Below are positions 28,346 through 40,121 of a DNA stretch of 64,000 nucleotides, in pieces. Where the stretch lies: the NCBI GenBank assembly GCA_963827655.1, contig CAWHCF010000026.1:192001-256000 (forward strand), given 5' to 3'. Below the pieces are notes generated by a model, which was given only the letters and a program-made list of their open reading frames with translations, was not told the origin of the DNA and did not search any database. Both the position numbers and the translations under genes were made by a program. Origin of the DNA: an uncultured Acidobacteriota bacterium (GTDB lineage: Bacteria; Acidobacteriota; UBA6911). Positions within the stretch are counted from its first letter, which is position 1. Each line of letters begins with the position of its first letter.

Positions 28346-31300
28346 ATGCAAGGTAACCGACCGCTGGTCATAATCCTGGCTTTGCTCGCACTCGCCGGAG
28401 TCGTATACACCCTGAGAGTGGCGGGCACTCCAGACCGGATACCACCCTCGGGAATTCCCAGCCGAGTCGTAACCGTGAACGGGTATCCGGAACTACACGT
28501 CGATGGTAAGCCCTTTTTCATGCACGGCGCGGCCTTCAGCTACTACCGTCTGCCGCGTGATCGCTGGGAAGAAAGCCTTCTCGCATTAAAACAGCAAGGA
28601 ATCAACACGATCGATTTGCGCGTTGTCTGGAACTGGCATCAACCGGCAGAGGACTCCCTCGATTTCGACGGGAAGACGAACCCCAGGCGCGATCTCAAGG
28701 GCTTGCTGAAGCTGATCGCGGACTTGCAGTTCAAGGCTTCCGTCAGGCCCGGACCCTTCATCGCTGACCAGTGGAAAAACGGCGGCTATCCCGATTGGCT
28801 GCTCACACGCCCCGAGTATTTGATGCCTCTGAAGGACATCCTCGAGGGGCGCTATCCCAGTCTCTCGGCGCTCCAGTACGAGTTCGGGGAAGAAGCTGCC
28901 GCAGGCTACCTGAACAACTCTACGCATCTCCGCTACACGCGAAAATGGTACCAGGATGTGATGAGCATCGTGCGCCCGTACCTGGCTTCCCGCGGCGGCA
29001 ATGTCATTCTCCTGCAGGTGGACGACGACCAGGGAACGGGTCGTTTCAACACCACTGGACCGAGATTCTGGGAGTACCTGGATCTGCTTCGACGGTACCT
29101 CCGGGAGGCGTCCGGCGATCCGACGATACCGATCTACTTCAACCCCGCGGACATGCGCGTCACGGCATCGTCTGCCACGCCGGCGGTAGGAGACCCGTTT
29201 TGGGCCATGGGCCAGTACTCTCAGGAGCAAGGGCGCGAGTCCGATGTCTTGCGGGCAGAGGATGTCGGAACTCCCAAGTATCTGACCGAGGTCCTCAAGA
29301 CCCAGTCCGGCTTTCCGCCGTTTTTCATCGAGTACCGGGCGGAAGGGTTCGCGGGCGGCGAGGATGTGAGGACCCGCGCCACAGATCCAACAAACCGGCT
29401 GCTCGCCTCACGTTTCCTGTTTCAGAACGGGGTGAAAGGGCTGAACTACTCCCCGCTTCAGGACACACTCTTTCCGGCGGGATACGAATGCCCATGGTCG
29501 AACTACTTTTACTCCTGGGAATCGGCGATTGGATATGAAGGAAGTCTGCGTTCCTCGGCCGAGGCCTCGGCTCGCAACGGCAAACTCATTTCCGGGATGG
29601 GACCGCTGCTCGCAGCGGCCCACTACGTCGCCGACATCGGCATCGCACACAGCATCGGAACTTATCCTCAGGAAAAGCTGACCCGCGACGATGTCAACGC
29701 AGTCATCCTCGGGACAATGAGAGCGACTCAGTATGCGCAGCTTAACCAGGTCAATGCCGAACTCGTGGATCCGGAGCATCAGTCATTGCAAAACTTGCGG
29801 CGTTACCGGCTTATTCTCCTCCCAGTGGTAAGCGAAAGCTCGTATCGAGACGGACGAGTACCGGGATACATGGAATTCTCCGCGCGCGCCCAGTCCGTGT
29901 TGAAGGAGTATGCAAGACAGGGTGGAACCCTCGTCGCCTATCCTGACAGGCCGAGGGGACGTTACCTCGACGAGCTCTTCGCGGTTCCGTTGGGCAAACC
30001 CGGAAATTCTGCGTCTTCCGCTCCTTCGCTCACTATTGAGGGAGTGTCCGCTGCCGCGTCAGGAGCGATTCGGGTGTTTCAGCTCCCCGGCGGGGTACAA
30101 GGCCTGACCTCACAGGCCACTCTGGAGGGAGATCCGGCGCAGGTCGCAGGCTACCGGCGCAAGTTCGGGAGCGGATCCGCGGTTGTGCTGGGAGCCGAGT
30201 TCGATCGCTGGGTGCCGCTGCAGAGCGCTTCGAGCACGTCCGACAGCGATCTTCCGTCCCAACCGGGGCTGACCACGGAACAGAAGAGATCGACCGGACA
30301 GATCCTTGAAGCCCTCATGAAATCCGCTGGAGTAACTCGCGCCGCCTGGTCCCCGGAGCTGGAGCGGGGCGTACCGGTTCAGCGGCCCGGCCTTTCGCTG
30401 CTTGTGGCGAACGCATCCGATCGCGCGGGAAAAGAAAGTGCTTACGGATTTCTATCGATCACGAACTTCGACTCGAACGCACATACCTTTCGCCCCGCGA
30501 TTCGCGACCCGAAAACGGGAGAGGAGACCGCTTTGCCGGCAGTCCACATAGCGGCGCGCGATGCGCTCATGCTCCCATTGCGGGTCGGCTTGAAGGAAGA
30601 GTTACTGGGGCTCGGAAACCAGCGTGGGATTGTGGCTACCGACGAAATTATTTACAGCACGGCCGAGGTTACCGGAGTTCACCCAGCTGACAACGCACTA
30701 CTCTTCGAGCTGTACAGTAAAGGGAACGCATCACTCCGGCTGCAACTCAGTCGCGCGCCCGCGAGCCACCCCCTGTTAGGCGGGGAAAAAGTGAATTACA
30801 GATACTATCCGGCCACAAGGCACGTCGACATCGATCTTCCGCCGCCCAAGTCGCCTGACGGCCGTCAAACACTAAGTATTCCTTACACTTTGATATCAAG
30901 CGCAGCGCCTCCATCACCGGACTCGACCGCCGGAACGGCAGATGCGCAGCCCGTGCCTGGTTCCCGGAAAGTAGACCTGAGGCCGACGATGCGAATTCCG
31001 GTTCGCGACGATGTGGCGTACGGTCTCTTTCCGTCGGCCTGGAGTGCACGTACCGGTGAGAGCGTACAGTTTTCCTTCGTGCACCCGTCCGACTGCAAAG
31101 GGAAATGTACTGCGAAAGTTTCGGCTGCCGACTTGCTGGTTTCCGAAGTCGACGCGGAAAAAAGTCCCGCGTTCACGGTCCGAGCGCCGTATGAGAGGAC
31201 CTACCTGCGGAATGTCGAGTGGACCCTCGATAACGCAGGACAAGGCTATTCGGGCACGGCACAGGTCCTGTTCCTGGCCCCCGGTTCCGCGGTTGCCCTC

Positions 31301-32038
31301 GAGCGCGACGTGGATCGAGACGGGTTCTTCGATTACATTCTCGAAAACGAAAAACTCCGCTTGATCATTTTCCCGAGTGCGGGGACGCGGAGCTTCGCCT
31401 TCATACGAAAAGACGCGAACCGGAGTGCATTTACATCCGTCGGAGGAATGCGCGATGTCTTTCGCGTTCAGATGCCGGATCCGCCAGGTCACGATCGGTT
31501 GCCTTCGTGGACGCGGCAAGGCAATCCCGGGATGCACAACCGCCACTACACGCCGCGTATCACGCAGGAATCCGGAGGTTACGCCGAAGTTGTATTCTCC
31601 TACACTGCGCCCGATGTGGCTCCGAAAGGCGCTCAGATCTCGCGAGTAGTGCGGCTGGGAGGGAACGACGACTTCGTTGAGGTTGCCTATACGATCGCGC
31701 CCCATGACACCGAAGCGAGCCAGGGATACATTAACCTTAACTCAATCGCGCTCGGATCGATGGAAGACGAGGCGGCGACGATATTCCGAACTGACGGTTC
31801 GGGAGCCGCTCCTCTGAAACGGAGAACCAGGGGGACAGTCGCGGGCGCAACCTACGTGGAGCTGGCTGCGCGCGACGGCGGCGAGGTATTCGGGATTTCG
31901 TGGGCTCCGGGATCTATCGAGAAGGTGACGTATGACCGCCGGGACTACAGCCTGCTGCTCGCCCTTGAATCACCTGCCTGGCGGCCGGGAGAGAAATCGC
32001 ACAGCCTTACTCTCCGCTACCGTTACGGATCGCGCTAA
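28346..32038 (+). CDS. GH35-like beta-galactosidase/glucosaminidase, multidomain, membrane-anchored or secreted
   Basis: YYRLPRDRWEESL, GINTID..VVWNWHQP, RPGPFI, GGYPDWL, GGNVILLQVDDDQG. Confidence 0.75.
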   Translation: MQGNRPLVIILALLALAGVVYTLRVAGTPDRIPPSGIPSRVVTVNGYPELHVDGKPFFMHGAAFSYYRLPRDRWEESLLALKQQGINTIDLRVVWNWHQPAEDSLDFDGKTNPRRDLKGLLKLIADLQFKASVRPGPFIADQWKNGGYPDWLLTRPEYLMPLKDILEGRYPSLSALQYEFGEEAAAGYLNNSTHLRYTRKWYQDVMSIVRPYLASRGGNVILLQVDDDQGTGRFNTTGPRFWEYLDLLRRYLREASGDPTIPIYFNPADMRVTASSATPAVGDPFWAMGQYSQEQGRESDVLRAEDVGTPKYLTEVLKTQSGFPPFFIEYRAEGFAGGEDVRTRATDPTNRLLASRFLFQNGVKGLNYSPLQDTLFPAGYECPWSNYFYSWESAIGYEGSLRSSAEASARNGKLISGMGPLLAAAHYVADIGIAHSIGTYPQEKLTRDDVNAVILGTMRATQYAQLNQVNAELVDPEHQSLQNLRRYRLILLPVVSESSYRDGRVPGYMEFSARAQSVLKEYARQGGTLVAYPDRPRGRYLDELFAVPLGKPGNSASSAPSLTIEGVSAAASGAIRVFQLPGGVQGLTSQATLEGDPAQVAGYRRKFGSGSAVVLGAEFDRWVPLQSASSTSDSDLPSQPGLTTEQKRSTGQILEALMKSAGVTRAAWSPELERGVPVQRPGLSLLVANASDRAGKESAYGFLSITNFDSNAHTFRPAIRDPKTGEETALPAVHIAARDALMLPLRVGLKEELLGLGNQRGIVATDEIIYSTAEVTGVHPADNALLFELYSKGNASLRLQLSRAPASHPLLGGEKVNYRYYPATRHVDIDLPPPKSPDGRQTLSIPYTLISSAAPPSPDSTAGTADAQPVPGSRKVDLRPTMRIPVRDDVAYGLFPSAWSARTGESVQFSFVHPSDCKGKCTAKVSAADLLVSEVDAEKSPAFTVRAPYERTYLRNVEWTLDNAGQGYSGTAQVLFLAPGSAVALERDVDRDGFFDYILENEKLRLIIFPSAGTRSFAFIRKDANRSAFTSVGGMRDVFRVQMPDPPGHDRLPSWTRQGNPGMHNRHYTPRITQESGGYAEVVFSYTAPDVAPKGAQISRVVRLGGNDDFVEVAYTIAPHDTEASQGYINLNSIALGSMEDEAATIFRTDGSGAAPLKRRTRGTVAGATYVELAARDGGEVFGISWAPGSIEKVTYDRRDYSLLLALESPAWRPGEKSHSLTLRYRYGSR

Positions 32039-32109
32039 CCGCTCAGGGTACTAGGTCAAATTACCACTAAGACACGAAGTCATCGTATCATGAAACACCA
32101 ATGGTATTG

Positions 32110-32748
32110 CTAACGTTTGGACAGGTCGCGAATAAAGAGGTCTTTGAACCTCATGTTTCCGAGACCGCCGGAATGGAGTTGCAACGCAATGTATCCGTCG
32201 AACGATCTAGGCGCCGGATCGGTAAAATCCACCACCACCACGCCATTCAGCCGCGATACGTAATGATTGCCTTCCACTTTGAGCAGGAAATCGTTCCAGT
32301 CATTGGGTCGGATCACCATCTCGTTTTCAGGCGAAGGCCAGACTATCCATTGCCTTCCGTCGCCGTAGAGCCCGCCGGTATGGTGGGCGATACCGCGATC
32401 GATCTCAAACTGTAGTCCCTGGGTAATGGTCGCCGTGCCCGGCTTGAATTCGGAGTGAAAGAAAACGCCGCTATTACCGTCCGCCTCGCATTTGAATCGG
32501 AGCGAAAGGTGAAAGTTCACATACTTCTTCTCGGTTCGCAGGTAACCATATTCCTTGGTAATGCCCAAGCCGTGAATGGTTCCGTCCTCGACTTCCCACT
32601 TTTCTTCGCCCACCTTGACCCAACCAGTCAGGTCCTTGCCATTGAAGAGTGATACCCAACCGGTGTCCGGAGGCGGCTGCCGTTCCCGTTGTTGGGCGAA
32701 CGAGATTGAGGCGAACAGAAAAACCAGCAGGATTTTTTGTAGTTTCAC
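32110..32748 (-). CDS. DUF1080 (3-keto-disaccharide hydrolase family) secreted protein
   Basis: GWVSLFNGKDLTGW, GNSGVF, GYIALQLH...FKDL. Confidence 0.85.
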   Translation of the reverse strand: MKLQKILLVFLFASISFAQQRERQPPPDTGWVSLFNGKDLTGWVKVGEEKWEVEDGTIHGLGITKEYGYLRTEKKYVNFHLSLRFKCEADGNSGVFFHSEFKPGTATITQGLQFEIDRGIAHHTGGLYGDGRQWIVWPSPENEMVIRPNDWNDFLLKVEGNHYVSRLNGVVVVDFTDPAPRSFDGYIALQLHSGGLGNMRFKDLFIRDLSKR

Positions 32749-32820
32749 GATTTTATATCAACCCGTAACACTTTGCATTTTTAGCACGAATTCTCAGGCT
32801 GCTGTCGTCGCGGGTCCAGA

Positions 32821-32852
32821 AGCTGACAGCTCATGGCTGACGGCTGATAGCT
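32821..32852. repeat. Heptamer array (RGCTGAY)n
   Basis: AGCTGAC AGCTCAT GGCTGAC GGCTGAT AGCT. Confidence 0.65.
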
Positions 32853-32882
32853 CCGCGGCCGTGATGGCCGCGGTGTGTTTCT

Positions 32883-35800
32883 TTACGATTTCTGCGTCTT
32901 GCCGGTTACGTGAGCGGCAATTTCTCTCGGATCTTTGGCCAGGTTCCCCTTAGACTGCATCCGTTGATTGATCGCGGGGGACAGCAGCTTCAAAACCGCC
33001 ACCGGGAGAGCGCTGGTAAACTCGTAGTTCTGTGCCTCGCGGCCGCTGACGAAGGCTGTAAGAACTCCGTAGTACCGGTCTCCAATATAGAAGACGAACG
33101 TGGCGGTTCGGCTTACCACCTTAGAGGACAAGACTCTCCCGTATCGCCCGTAAGACTCCAGACGATTGTCGCCGGATCCTGTCTTTCCGCCAACCTTGAT
33201 GGGCTTGCCGTCGGCCCCGACGAAGGCTCCAGACACTCGCCTTGCGGTTCCCCCCTCGACGACATGGGCCAGGACGTCCTTCAAGGCGCGCGCGACCGGT
33301 ACGGCCATGATTCGTTCCGAATGAGGAGGCGACGGCTCCAGCACCGTATGGTAGGGCGTGCCCTCAGCAAAACGCAGCTCACTGAATTTCAAGCTTGGCC
33401 GGCGCACTCCATCATTCACGATGACTCCCATCAACTCGGACAGGGCGGCAGGCCGGTCGGATGAATTCCCGATCGCAGTGGCATAGGACGGAACCAGGCG
33501 CTCAAAGGGAAAGCCGAGCCGCTGCCAGTACGGCGTCATCCGGGCGAAGGCATCCTGCTCGATGCGGATGCGCAGGCGCATATCCTGCGCCCGGCGATTA
33601 CGCGGCTGGAAGAGCCAGCGCGACACGACCTGTCTCGCCGAGGCGCTGCGGTCCCAAAGCGTGGTCCAGTTGGTGGCCGGTTCCCGCATCATCTGCTCCG
33701 CACACCAGACATCGAGCGGATGACGGTCGAGCAGATACGCATAGTCCGCCAGCGTGAGCCGCGGGTTTTCGTAAGCGCGCACCAGGCGGTACAATTCTTC
33801 GGGCGAGACCTCAACACCGTGTGACTTGAGCCAGCGATCCATTCCACTTACGGGATCCTGATCGGCTCGTCGATGCCAGGCAAAAAAGAGAATGGCCAGA
33901 TGCCGGCTGCTCTTCGCCCGCCGGTCCAAAAGGCTCGCGACTACCGCGTTGGGCGACGCGCCATGGAATCGTTTGTAAGCTCGATGCAGAATCTGTTTGA
34001 CCTCGTCGTCAACGGCTTCATTGAGAAGAGTCCGGCGCGTCGCGTGTTCGGGATCGGCCAGCACCGCCGCCGCATCATAAGGAAGCCGCGCCTGGTGGAA
34101 TCGCACCAGGTCGCGCATCAAGCGTATGAAGACCAGATTCGTGGAGTACTGCGTGGCCTCCCGGAGCGACATTTTTCGCTCATTCTGATCGGGGTCGAAG
34201 TTTGAAAACGAGTGCAGACCGCCGCCGGTAAAAAAGGCTTCCCAAGGGCTCGCTGAATAGGTTCGGTCGAGCGCCTTTTGAAGCAGAGCGTTCAGTTCGA
34301 TTCCCTTGTCGGTCCCCATCGTTTCGGCAACCCACTGGGTGATGGGGTCAGAAGCGGTCTCGGCCCGCCCGGCTAGATTCCGGGGCTCCAGCGACTGGAA
34401 CTCGCCATGGAGCGAAGCCACCACTTCCAGATAGTGCGCCAGCGTGCGAAGCTTCGCCGTGCTTCCCAACTCCAGCTTCATGCCTTCGTTCAGATCGAAA
34501 GGGTCGGCTAGACTATCGGTCTGGACTCGCAGGACGTTCCCTTCGGGGGTGTTTTCGAACAGCATGAGGCTGTAGACGACTTTTTCCGGATCCCCCTCGG
34601 GCAGAAGATGCTTCCCGCGCAGACCCTTCGCATCCAGGAAGTCGTCGCGCTTCAAGTTCTCGAAAATTTGCGTCGCCTGGGACTGCAAAGCAGCGTCGAG
34701 AGTACTCCGAACTTCGAGGTGCAGCCGATCCAGGTCGTAAAAGCCGGCTATCCCCAGCGTACCCATTAGATTGGTCCGGATGACGGTCGAGGTTTTTTGC
34801 TGCGCTATAAACCCGCGCTCTGAGGTCGCGGGACGCGGTACAAACGCCACCTGCGTCGCTCTCACCCGCTCGGCGAAATCCGGATCGATCGCGCCCGTTC
34901 TCGCCAGCAGATTGGCGTAGGAATTCACCCTGGCTTGAAGCGCTTCGCGGTTGTGAACGAGGTAGTAACTCGGCGCTCGGACTGAACAAAGCAGTGTCAA
35001 TACATGCTTGTACGCCTCGACCTTGGCAGACGTAGTCTTTGGATCCGCCAGAGCTTCGGAGACGTCGCTCAGATTCAAGCCAAACCAGGCATTAAGCCCA
35101 TCGCCCAATCCGTGGATCTCGCCATGACCCGGGGCGGCCGCGAGCGGGACGGTGTTGAGGTAGTCCAGAATGATTTCCCGGCGCGGAGTACGCGTGTCGG
35201 TTCCGCCTCGGTAAACCTTCAGGCTGGCGCCCGCCATCTGCTGAAGTTTGTCCGCGAGCGACCCGGTCCGGCCATTCTGAGAATGGCGATACTTCTCGAG
35301 CTGAGTGGCGAGGGTACTTCCCCCTTCCACGCGCAGAGGCAACCCGAGCTTGGTCCCGGCATAAGAGATGCCTGCCTTGGCCAATCGATCCCATTCCAGA
35401 ACAGGATTAGTGCGCGAATCCGGCGGTTCTTGTCCCAGCTCCCGGTTTTCGATCAGTAACAAAGCTTCTATAACAAGGGGCGGAACATCTTCAAAGCGTT
35501 TGAAGACACGGTCGGAGACGGTTCTGTCATAGACCGAAAGGTGATCCGCGCTATGGATGGTCAATCCGGCGACAGCCGGTTCCCGGTAAGGAGGAGCGAT
35601 ACCCCAGCCTGCAATGCGCGCAAGCTCCGGGGAAAAGCGGGCCTGCTCCCGAATCCGGAACCCCTTCGCCTGGAGCCGCCGGGCGAACTCCGGGATCTGG
35701 GTATAGCCATGCCGCTCATCGAAGGGTCCGCTCTTCGGGAAGACGATCGTGGAACTCGGACCCGCTTCGACCGTATAGGTCATGCTCCTGGCATAGCGTG

Positions 35801-36140
35801 ACAGTAGCCAGGACTGGAGAGCGGAGGTACGAGTTTCATAGATTACTCCGCCTATCAAGATTCCACACAACACGATGTAAAGGACCCAACGGGGTGGGCG
35901 CGTGAAGGCGCGCCGGGGCCGCTGAATGTAGAGACGCCCTGCAACGACGTCGCCGGCCGTGTTTGCGCCTGCCCACATCCGGGCGACCTGCTGCATCGGC
36001 AACCGGCCCACTGCAGCCAGGCTCGATACATTGAATCCCAGCTTTGAAACAACCCCTTCCCGCCTGTCACTCATAGGTCTCGCGTAGTGTGGAGAGCTTC
36101 CACTCAACCCAGTTCTTGGGCATGCACTGCTATGGTTCAC
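32883..36140 (-). CDS. Bifunctional transglycosylase/transpeptidase-domain protein (class A PBP-like); start uncertain
   Basis: IENR, GGSTLATQLEK, EIILDYLN GT51-like motifs; GSTAK (SxxK), STN, KTG transpeptidase motifs; TM near N-terminus. Confidence 0.75.
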   Translation of the reverse strand: MNHSSACPRTGLSGSSPHYARPMSDRREGVVSKLGFNVSSLAAVGRLPMQQVARMWAGANTAGDVVAGRLYIQRPRRAFTRPPRWVLYIVLCGILIGGVIYETRTSALQSWLLSRYARSMTYTVEAGPSSTIVFPKSGPFDERHGYTQIPEFARRLQAKGFRIREQARFSPELARIAGWGIAPPYREPAVAGLTIHSADHLSVYDRTVSDRVFKRFEDVPPLVIEALLLIENRELGQEPPDSRTNPVLEWDRLAKAGISYAGTKLGLPLRVEGGSTLATQLEKYRHSQNGRTGSLADKLQQMAGASLKVYRGGTDTRTPRREIILDYLNTVPLAAAPGHGEIHGLGDGLNAWFGLNLSDVSEALADPKTTSAKVEAYKHVLTLLCSVRAPSYYLVHNREALQARVNSYANLLARTGAIDPDFAERVRATQVAFVPRPATSERGFIAQQKTSTVIRTNLMGTLGIAGFYDLDRLHLEVRSTLDAALQSQATQIFENLKRDDFLDAKGLRGKHLLPEGDPEKVVYSLMLFENTPEGNVLRVQTDSLADPFDLNEGMKLELGSTAKLRTLAHYLEVVASLHGEFQSLEPRNLAGRAETASDPITQWVAETMGTDKGIELNALLQKALDRTYSASPWEAFFTGGGLHSFSNFDPDQNERKMSLREATQYSTNLVFIRLMRDLVRFHQARLPYDAAAVLADPEHATRRTLLNEAVDDEVKQILHRAYKRFHGASPNAVVASLLDRRAKSSRHLAILFFAWHRRADQDPVSGMDRWLKSHGVEVSPEELYRLVRAYENPRLTLADYAYLLDRHPLDVWCAEQMMREPATNWTTLWDRSASARQVVSRWLFQPRNRRAQDMRLRIRIEQDAFARMTPYWQRLGFPFERLVPSYATAIGNSSDRPAALSELMGVIVNDGVRRPSLKFSELRFAEGTPYHTVLEPSPPHSERIMAVPVARALKDVLAHVVEGGTARRVSGAFVGADGKPIKVGGKTGSGDNRLESYGRYGRVLSSKVVSRTATFVFYIGDRYYGVLTAFVSGREAQNYEFTSALPVAVLKLLSPAINQRMQSKGNLAKDPREIAAHVTGKTQKS

Positions 36141-37040
36141 GTCTTCTTTTTATATAGGTGTGCGCAAGGTTCGAATCCGTTACAACCCTAAGGTTCGTCG
36201 GCAGGTCGATCGGTTTGAACCATCCGATTTCTGATCCCGAGCCTCAGTACCCTCACACTTAGAAAATGATCGTCTAAAGAGATGCTCCAACCGGCAATAA
36301 GTTTCTATGTCGGGACGCTGCTTCGGGGGCTGAGCGCGCTCTCCTGCCGCTGATCCGCTTCTTTGCAGGCAATCGCCGTTCCAATTCTCAAAGGCAGGCA
36401 ATGAAGAGTCTGACATAAACGGCGCGGCCTGGAAAGCCTTTGCACAGGAATAGAGAAACAGAGGGGTGCGGGGATAGGTTTTTGAGGGATGGATCGATTC
36501 CAGTGGCCAGGAGGTTCGTGCGCGATCTCGAGATGGAGTCCGGCCTCGGTGACCCACAGGTTCTGCCTCCTGACCCGGATAGAATAAACCAGCATCTTCT
36601 GACATGAAATCCATTAGATTTGGTATTTTAGCAGAAAAGATTCCCGTCCCGACCGTGCTGAACCTGTACGGCGATTGTGGATCTACGGAAAAGGGGTTCA
36701 GTATTTTGCATGAGCGGGCCAGGTCGTCTCGGATTTATCTCGAGGTGATCCGGTAACTCACTGAGAAGGTGGGACATAGTTCGTTTTCGCAAACCGATTC
36801 TCTCTACCGAGCAACAAGATATATGGTGCGCATTCCACGAATTTCACAGAGCTATGAAGATTGGTGAATTCTCCTAGCGCCATTCGCAAGTACTTGGCTG
36901 AAGATTCCCGCATGCAGAAAAGAAAACCACGAATCCTGGTTTCGGCGGACCCCTCGCAGGCGCAGACTTGCGTGGGAACTCAATTTGAGTTGTAATAACG
37001 CCGCCTTCAGAAACCTGAACCACAGCAAGGCAGAACCATT

Positions 37041-38268
37041 ATGCCTGAATTGCAAAGCGAAGTCGTTGACAACAAACTGAGGGACCTCAGCTATTCCCTG
37101 ACCGGCGCTCTGGTCGAGGGAAACGGCATGAATGATTTCTTGAACAGGTTTCTGAAGGCGATCGCGGGATGCATTCCTGGTTCCCCAGCTCGTTCTTTAT
37201 GATTACAACGAGTCTGAAAACCTTTTTGAATTTCTGTATTTCCGTGGTTATGCATCGGATGCCCGGGCCGAATTGAGCATGCGGCTCCACACGATCGATT
37301 TGAGGCGAGCCTTGAAGGAGCGAGATCCCTTCTGGCTGGACCATACCCGCAGAAGCCTTCTCGTACCCCTGTACTTTCAGGAGGTGCTCGAGGCCGTGCT
37401 GCTGCTTGAGCGGCCGGCCCAGGAACTCGAGATCGAACTCGACGACTGCAGGCTGGCCTCGTGCCGGCTCGTATCCCGCTTCCTGGGCCTCTTCATGTCC
37501 TCCATCAGGATAGACGCTAACGCAAGCATACGAGAGGATCTCGCTGCCAAGACGGATCTTCAGCGGGCCCGCGAAGTGCAGTTGAGCTATTTGCCTTCGG
37601 ACTATCACGAAACCGACAAGTACGAAATCTATGGTTACAACCAGTCCTCGGTTCTGGTGGGGGGGGACTACTTTGATTATTTCTGCCAGCGCGAGCAATC
37701 GATCCAGTGCGTCGTGGCCGACGCTTGCGGGCACGGGATGGCTGCCGCCCTCATCATGTCCACGTTCAGGGGGCTGTTGCACTCCGAGGTTCGGCAGCTT
37801 CACGACTTTTCTTCCCTTTTCGATATCCTCAACCAGCGGCTCTATCTGGGGGGAGATCTGCTTCAGTACCTCACAGGTGTCTTTTTCGATTACGATCAGG
37901 AACAGCGTGAGCTCCTTTACCTGAATGCCGGCCACTTCGATCCGCTTATAGTGCATTCGGATGGAACCTCGACCCGCCTCACCGGGGGTGGGCCTCCTCT
38001 AGGGATGTTTGGAAGTTCGACTTACAAGGCCAAGACGGCTCCGATCCGTCCAGGGGACCTCCTGGTTCTTTTTACCGATGGTTTGATCGAGCTGCGCAAC
38101 GCGCTTGACGAGTTTTTTGGTGTTGAACGCGTTCTGGCTGCGATTCGCGCGCAGCGGGATCTTCCCTTACGCGATCTTGCCCGGGAAGTTCTCGGCACCG
38201 CGGCCCGGTTCAGTCACAAGTCCCAGCCCGACGATGACTTGACTCTGTTTCTTATGAGGTTTCGATAA
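37041..38268 (+). CDS. PP2C/SpoIIE (RsbU-like) phosphatase with N-terminal GAF-like region (+1 frameshift ~37185)
   Basis: VGGDYFD, VADACGHG, NAGH, LFTDG, DDLT; upstream frame from ATG 37041 joins via a CCCC run. Confidence 0.8.
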
Positions 38269-38279
38269 CATTTCTTCGA

Positions 38280-39215
38280 TTGACGATTATCCCTATGGTC
38301 GACGCTCGAGCTCGAAAGAAGTGCGCGCTGGTTCTTTCACTGGTCGTAGCTGCCGTGCTGTTCCCGGGTTGTGGGCGGCGGGAAAATCAAAAGACTATAG
38401 GGGTTTCGCTCCTGACAAAGGAGCATGTCTTTTACCGGGATCTGGAAAAAGCCATGCGCGAGACTGCCGCCGCTCATCGATTCCAGCTGATAATAAATTC
38501 CGGCGACTGGGACCTGGCCAGGCACCAGGCCCAGATCGAGAATTACATCGTACAGAAGGTGGATGCTATCATCGTCTGTCCGGTGGACTCGAAAGGGATC
38601 GCGCCGGCAATTCAAAAGGCGAACGCCGCCGGGATTCCGGTCTTTACGGCGGACATAAAGGCCGAAGGCGGAAAGATCGTCAGTCAGATCGCATCCGACA
38701 ACGTAGCCGGCGGGCGCCTGGCTGCCCAGTATCTGGCCAAACTTCTGAACGGCAAAGGCGAGGTCGCCATAATCGACCAGCCGGTAACCCAGTCGGTCAT
38801 CGATCGGGTCAGCGGTTTCCTCGAGGAGATAGCCAGGTACCCGGAGATTCGAGTTGTGGCACGACCCAGCGGGGACGGGGTTCGGGATAAGGCGATGAAG
38901 GCGGCGGAAGACTTGTTGCAGGGATTCCCGCGGTTGGCTGGAATCTTTGGCATCAATGACGATAGCGCCCTCGGCGCCCTGGCTGCCGTCGAAGCCGCAG
39001 GGCGAAAGGATATTCTTATTGTCGGCTATGACGGCATACCGGAGGCGCGCCAGGCCATTCTAAGAGGAAGCGCGTTGAAGGCCGATGTCGTCCAGTATCC
39101 ATTGGAAATCGGCCGGATTACTATAGAAACCATTGCCAAACACCTCGCGGGAGAGTCGGTTCCGGCTGACATTCCGGTGAAGGTAGGAATCTTGGATGTC
39201 TCGAATGCTCAGTGA
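38280..39215 (+). CDS. RbsB-like sugar ABC substrate-binding lipoprotein
   Basis: Lipobox-like FPGC; [24 protein letters not shown]. Confidence 0.85.
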   Translation: MTIIPMVDARARKKCALVLSLVVAAVLFPGCGRRENQKTIGVSLLTKEHVFYRDLEKAMRETAAAHRFQLIINSGDWDLARHQAQIENYIVQKVDAIIVCPVDSKGIAPAIQKANAAGIPVFTADIKAEGGKIVSQIASDNVAGGRLAAQYLAKLLNGKGEVAIIDQPVTQSVIDRVSGFLEEIARYPEIRVVARPSGDGVRDKAMKAAEDLLQGFPRLAGIFGINDDSALGALAAVEAAGRKDILIVGYDGIPEARQAILRGSALKADVVQYPLEIGRITIETIAKHLAGESVPADIPVKVGILDVSNAQ

Positions 39216-40059
39216 GAAAGAGTCGAATGAGGTAGAGATCAGGTTGGCGCACAGCCCCGATTCCGACGATGCCTTCATGTTCTATGCTCTGGCAACGGAC
39301 AAATTGGACACGAAACCCTTCCGGTTTGTTCACACGTTGGAAGACATCCAGACCCTCAATCAGAAAGCCTTGAACGGCGTATACGATGTGACGGCGATAT
39401 CCTTCCACGCCTACGCCTACATCGCCGATAAATATGCGCTGCTGCCGCATGGCGCCAGCATGGGGCATCAGTACGGCCCGATCGTGGTGGCGCGAGAGCA
39501 ATGGAAGCCCCTTCGGCTTCACGGGAAGAGAATCGCGGTGCCGGGAACCATGACGACCGCGTATCTTCTGCTGAAGCTTTATGATCCCGATTTCGAAGCT
39601 ACCGTCATTCCTTTCGATCAAATCATGGAGGCCGTCCAGCGTGGAGATGTTGACGGCGGTCTCCTGATCCACGAAGGACAGTTAACCTACGCGAGCGAGG
39701 GGTTCCAGAAGGTCGTGGATCTTGGGGCGTGGTGGGATGAGAAGACAGGGCTCCCGCTCCCGCTGGGGGGGAATGCCATTCGCCGTGGATTACCAAGGGA
39801 CTATATTTCACAGATTTCCAGGCTTATTCGACAGGGGATCGAATATGCGCTGAACCACCGTCAGGCGGCGCTGGAATACGCTTTGCAATATGGGCGTAAC
39901 CTGAGCCCGGATCAGGCCGACCGGTTTGTGCAAATGTACGTCAATGAAAGGACCCTGGACTATGGCGCGGATGGCCGGCAGGCCGTCGAGCTACTGCTGA
40001 GGCAGGCCTACGAAAAGGGAATCATTCCTAAGCCGGTGCAGGTCGAGTTCGTCGATTGA
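39196..40059 (+). CDS. mqnD: 1,4-dihydroxy-6-naphthoate synthase (futalosine pathway)
   Basis: [43 protein letters not shown]. Confidence 0.85.
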   Translation: MSRMLSEKESNEVEIRLAHSPDSDDAFMFYALATDKLDTKPFRFVHTLEDIQTLNQKALNGVYDVTAISFHAYAYIADKYALLPHGASMGHQYGPIVVAREQWKPLRLHGKRIAVPGTMTTAYLLLKLYDPDFEATVIPFDQIMEAVQRGDVDGGLLIHEGQLTYASEGFQKVVDLGAWWDEKTGLPLPLGGNAIRRGLPRDYISQISRLIRQGIEYALNHRQAALEYALQYGRNLSPDQADRFVQMYVNERTLDYGADGRQAVELLLRQAYEKGIIPKPVQVEFVD

Positions 40060-40121
40060 CTGAAGGCGAGACCAGCGTTATATGACGCCCCCGAAAGGAC
40101 AGGGCAGGAGGTAAGAGCGCG

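Noticed and set aside
36168-36178. GGTTCGAATCC tRNA T-loop-like motif
   Set aside because: No acceptor, D or anticodon arms can be formed around it
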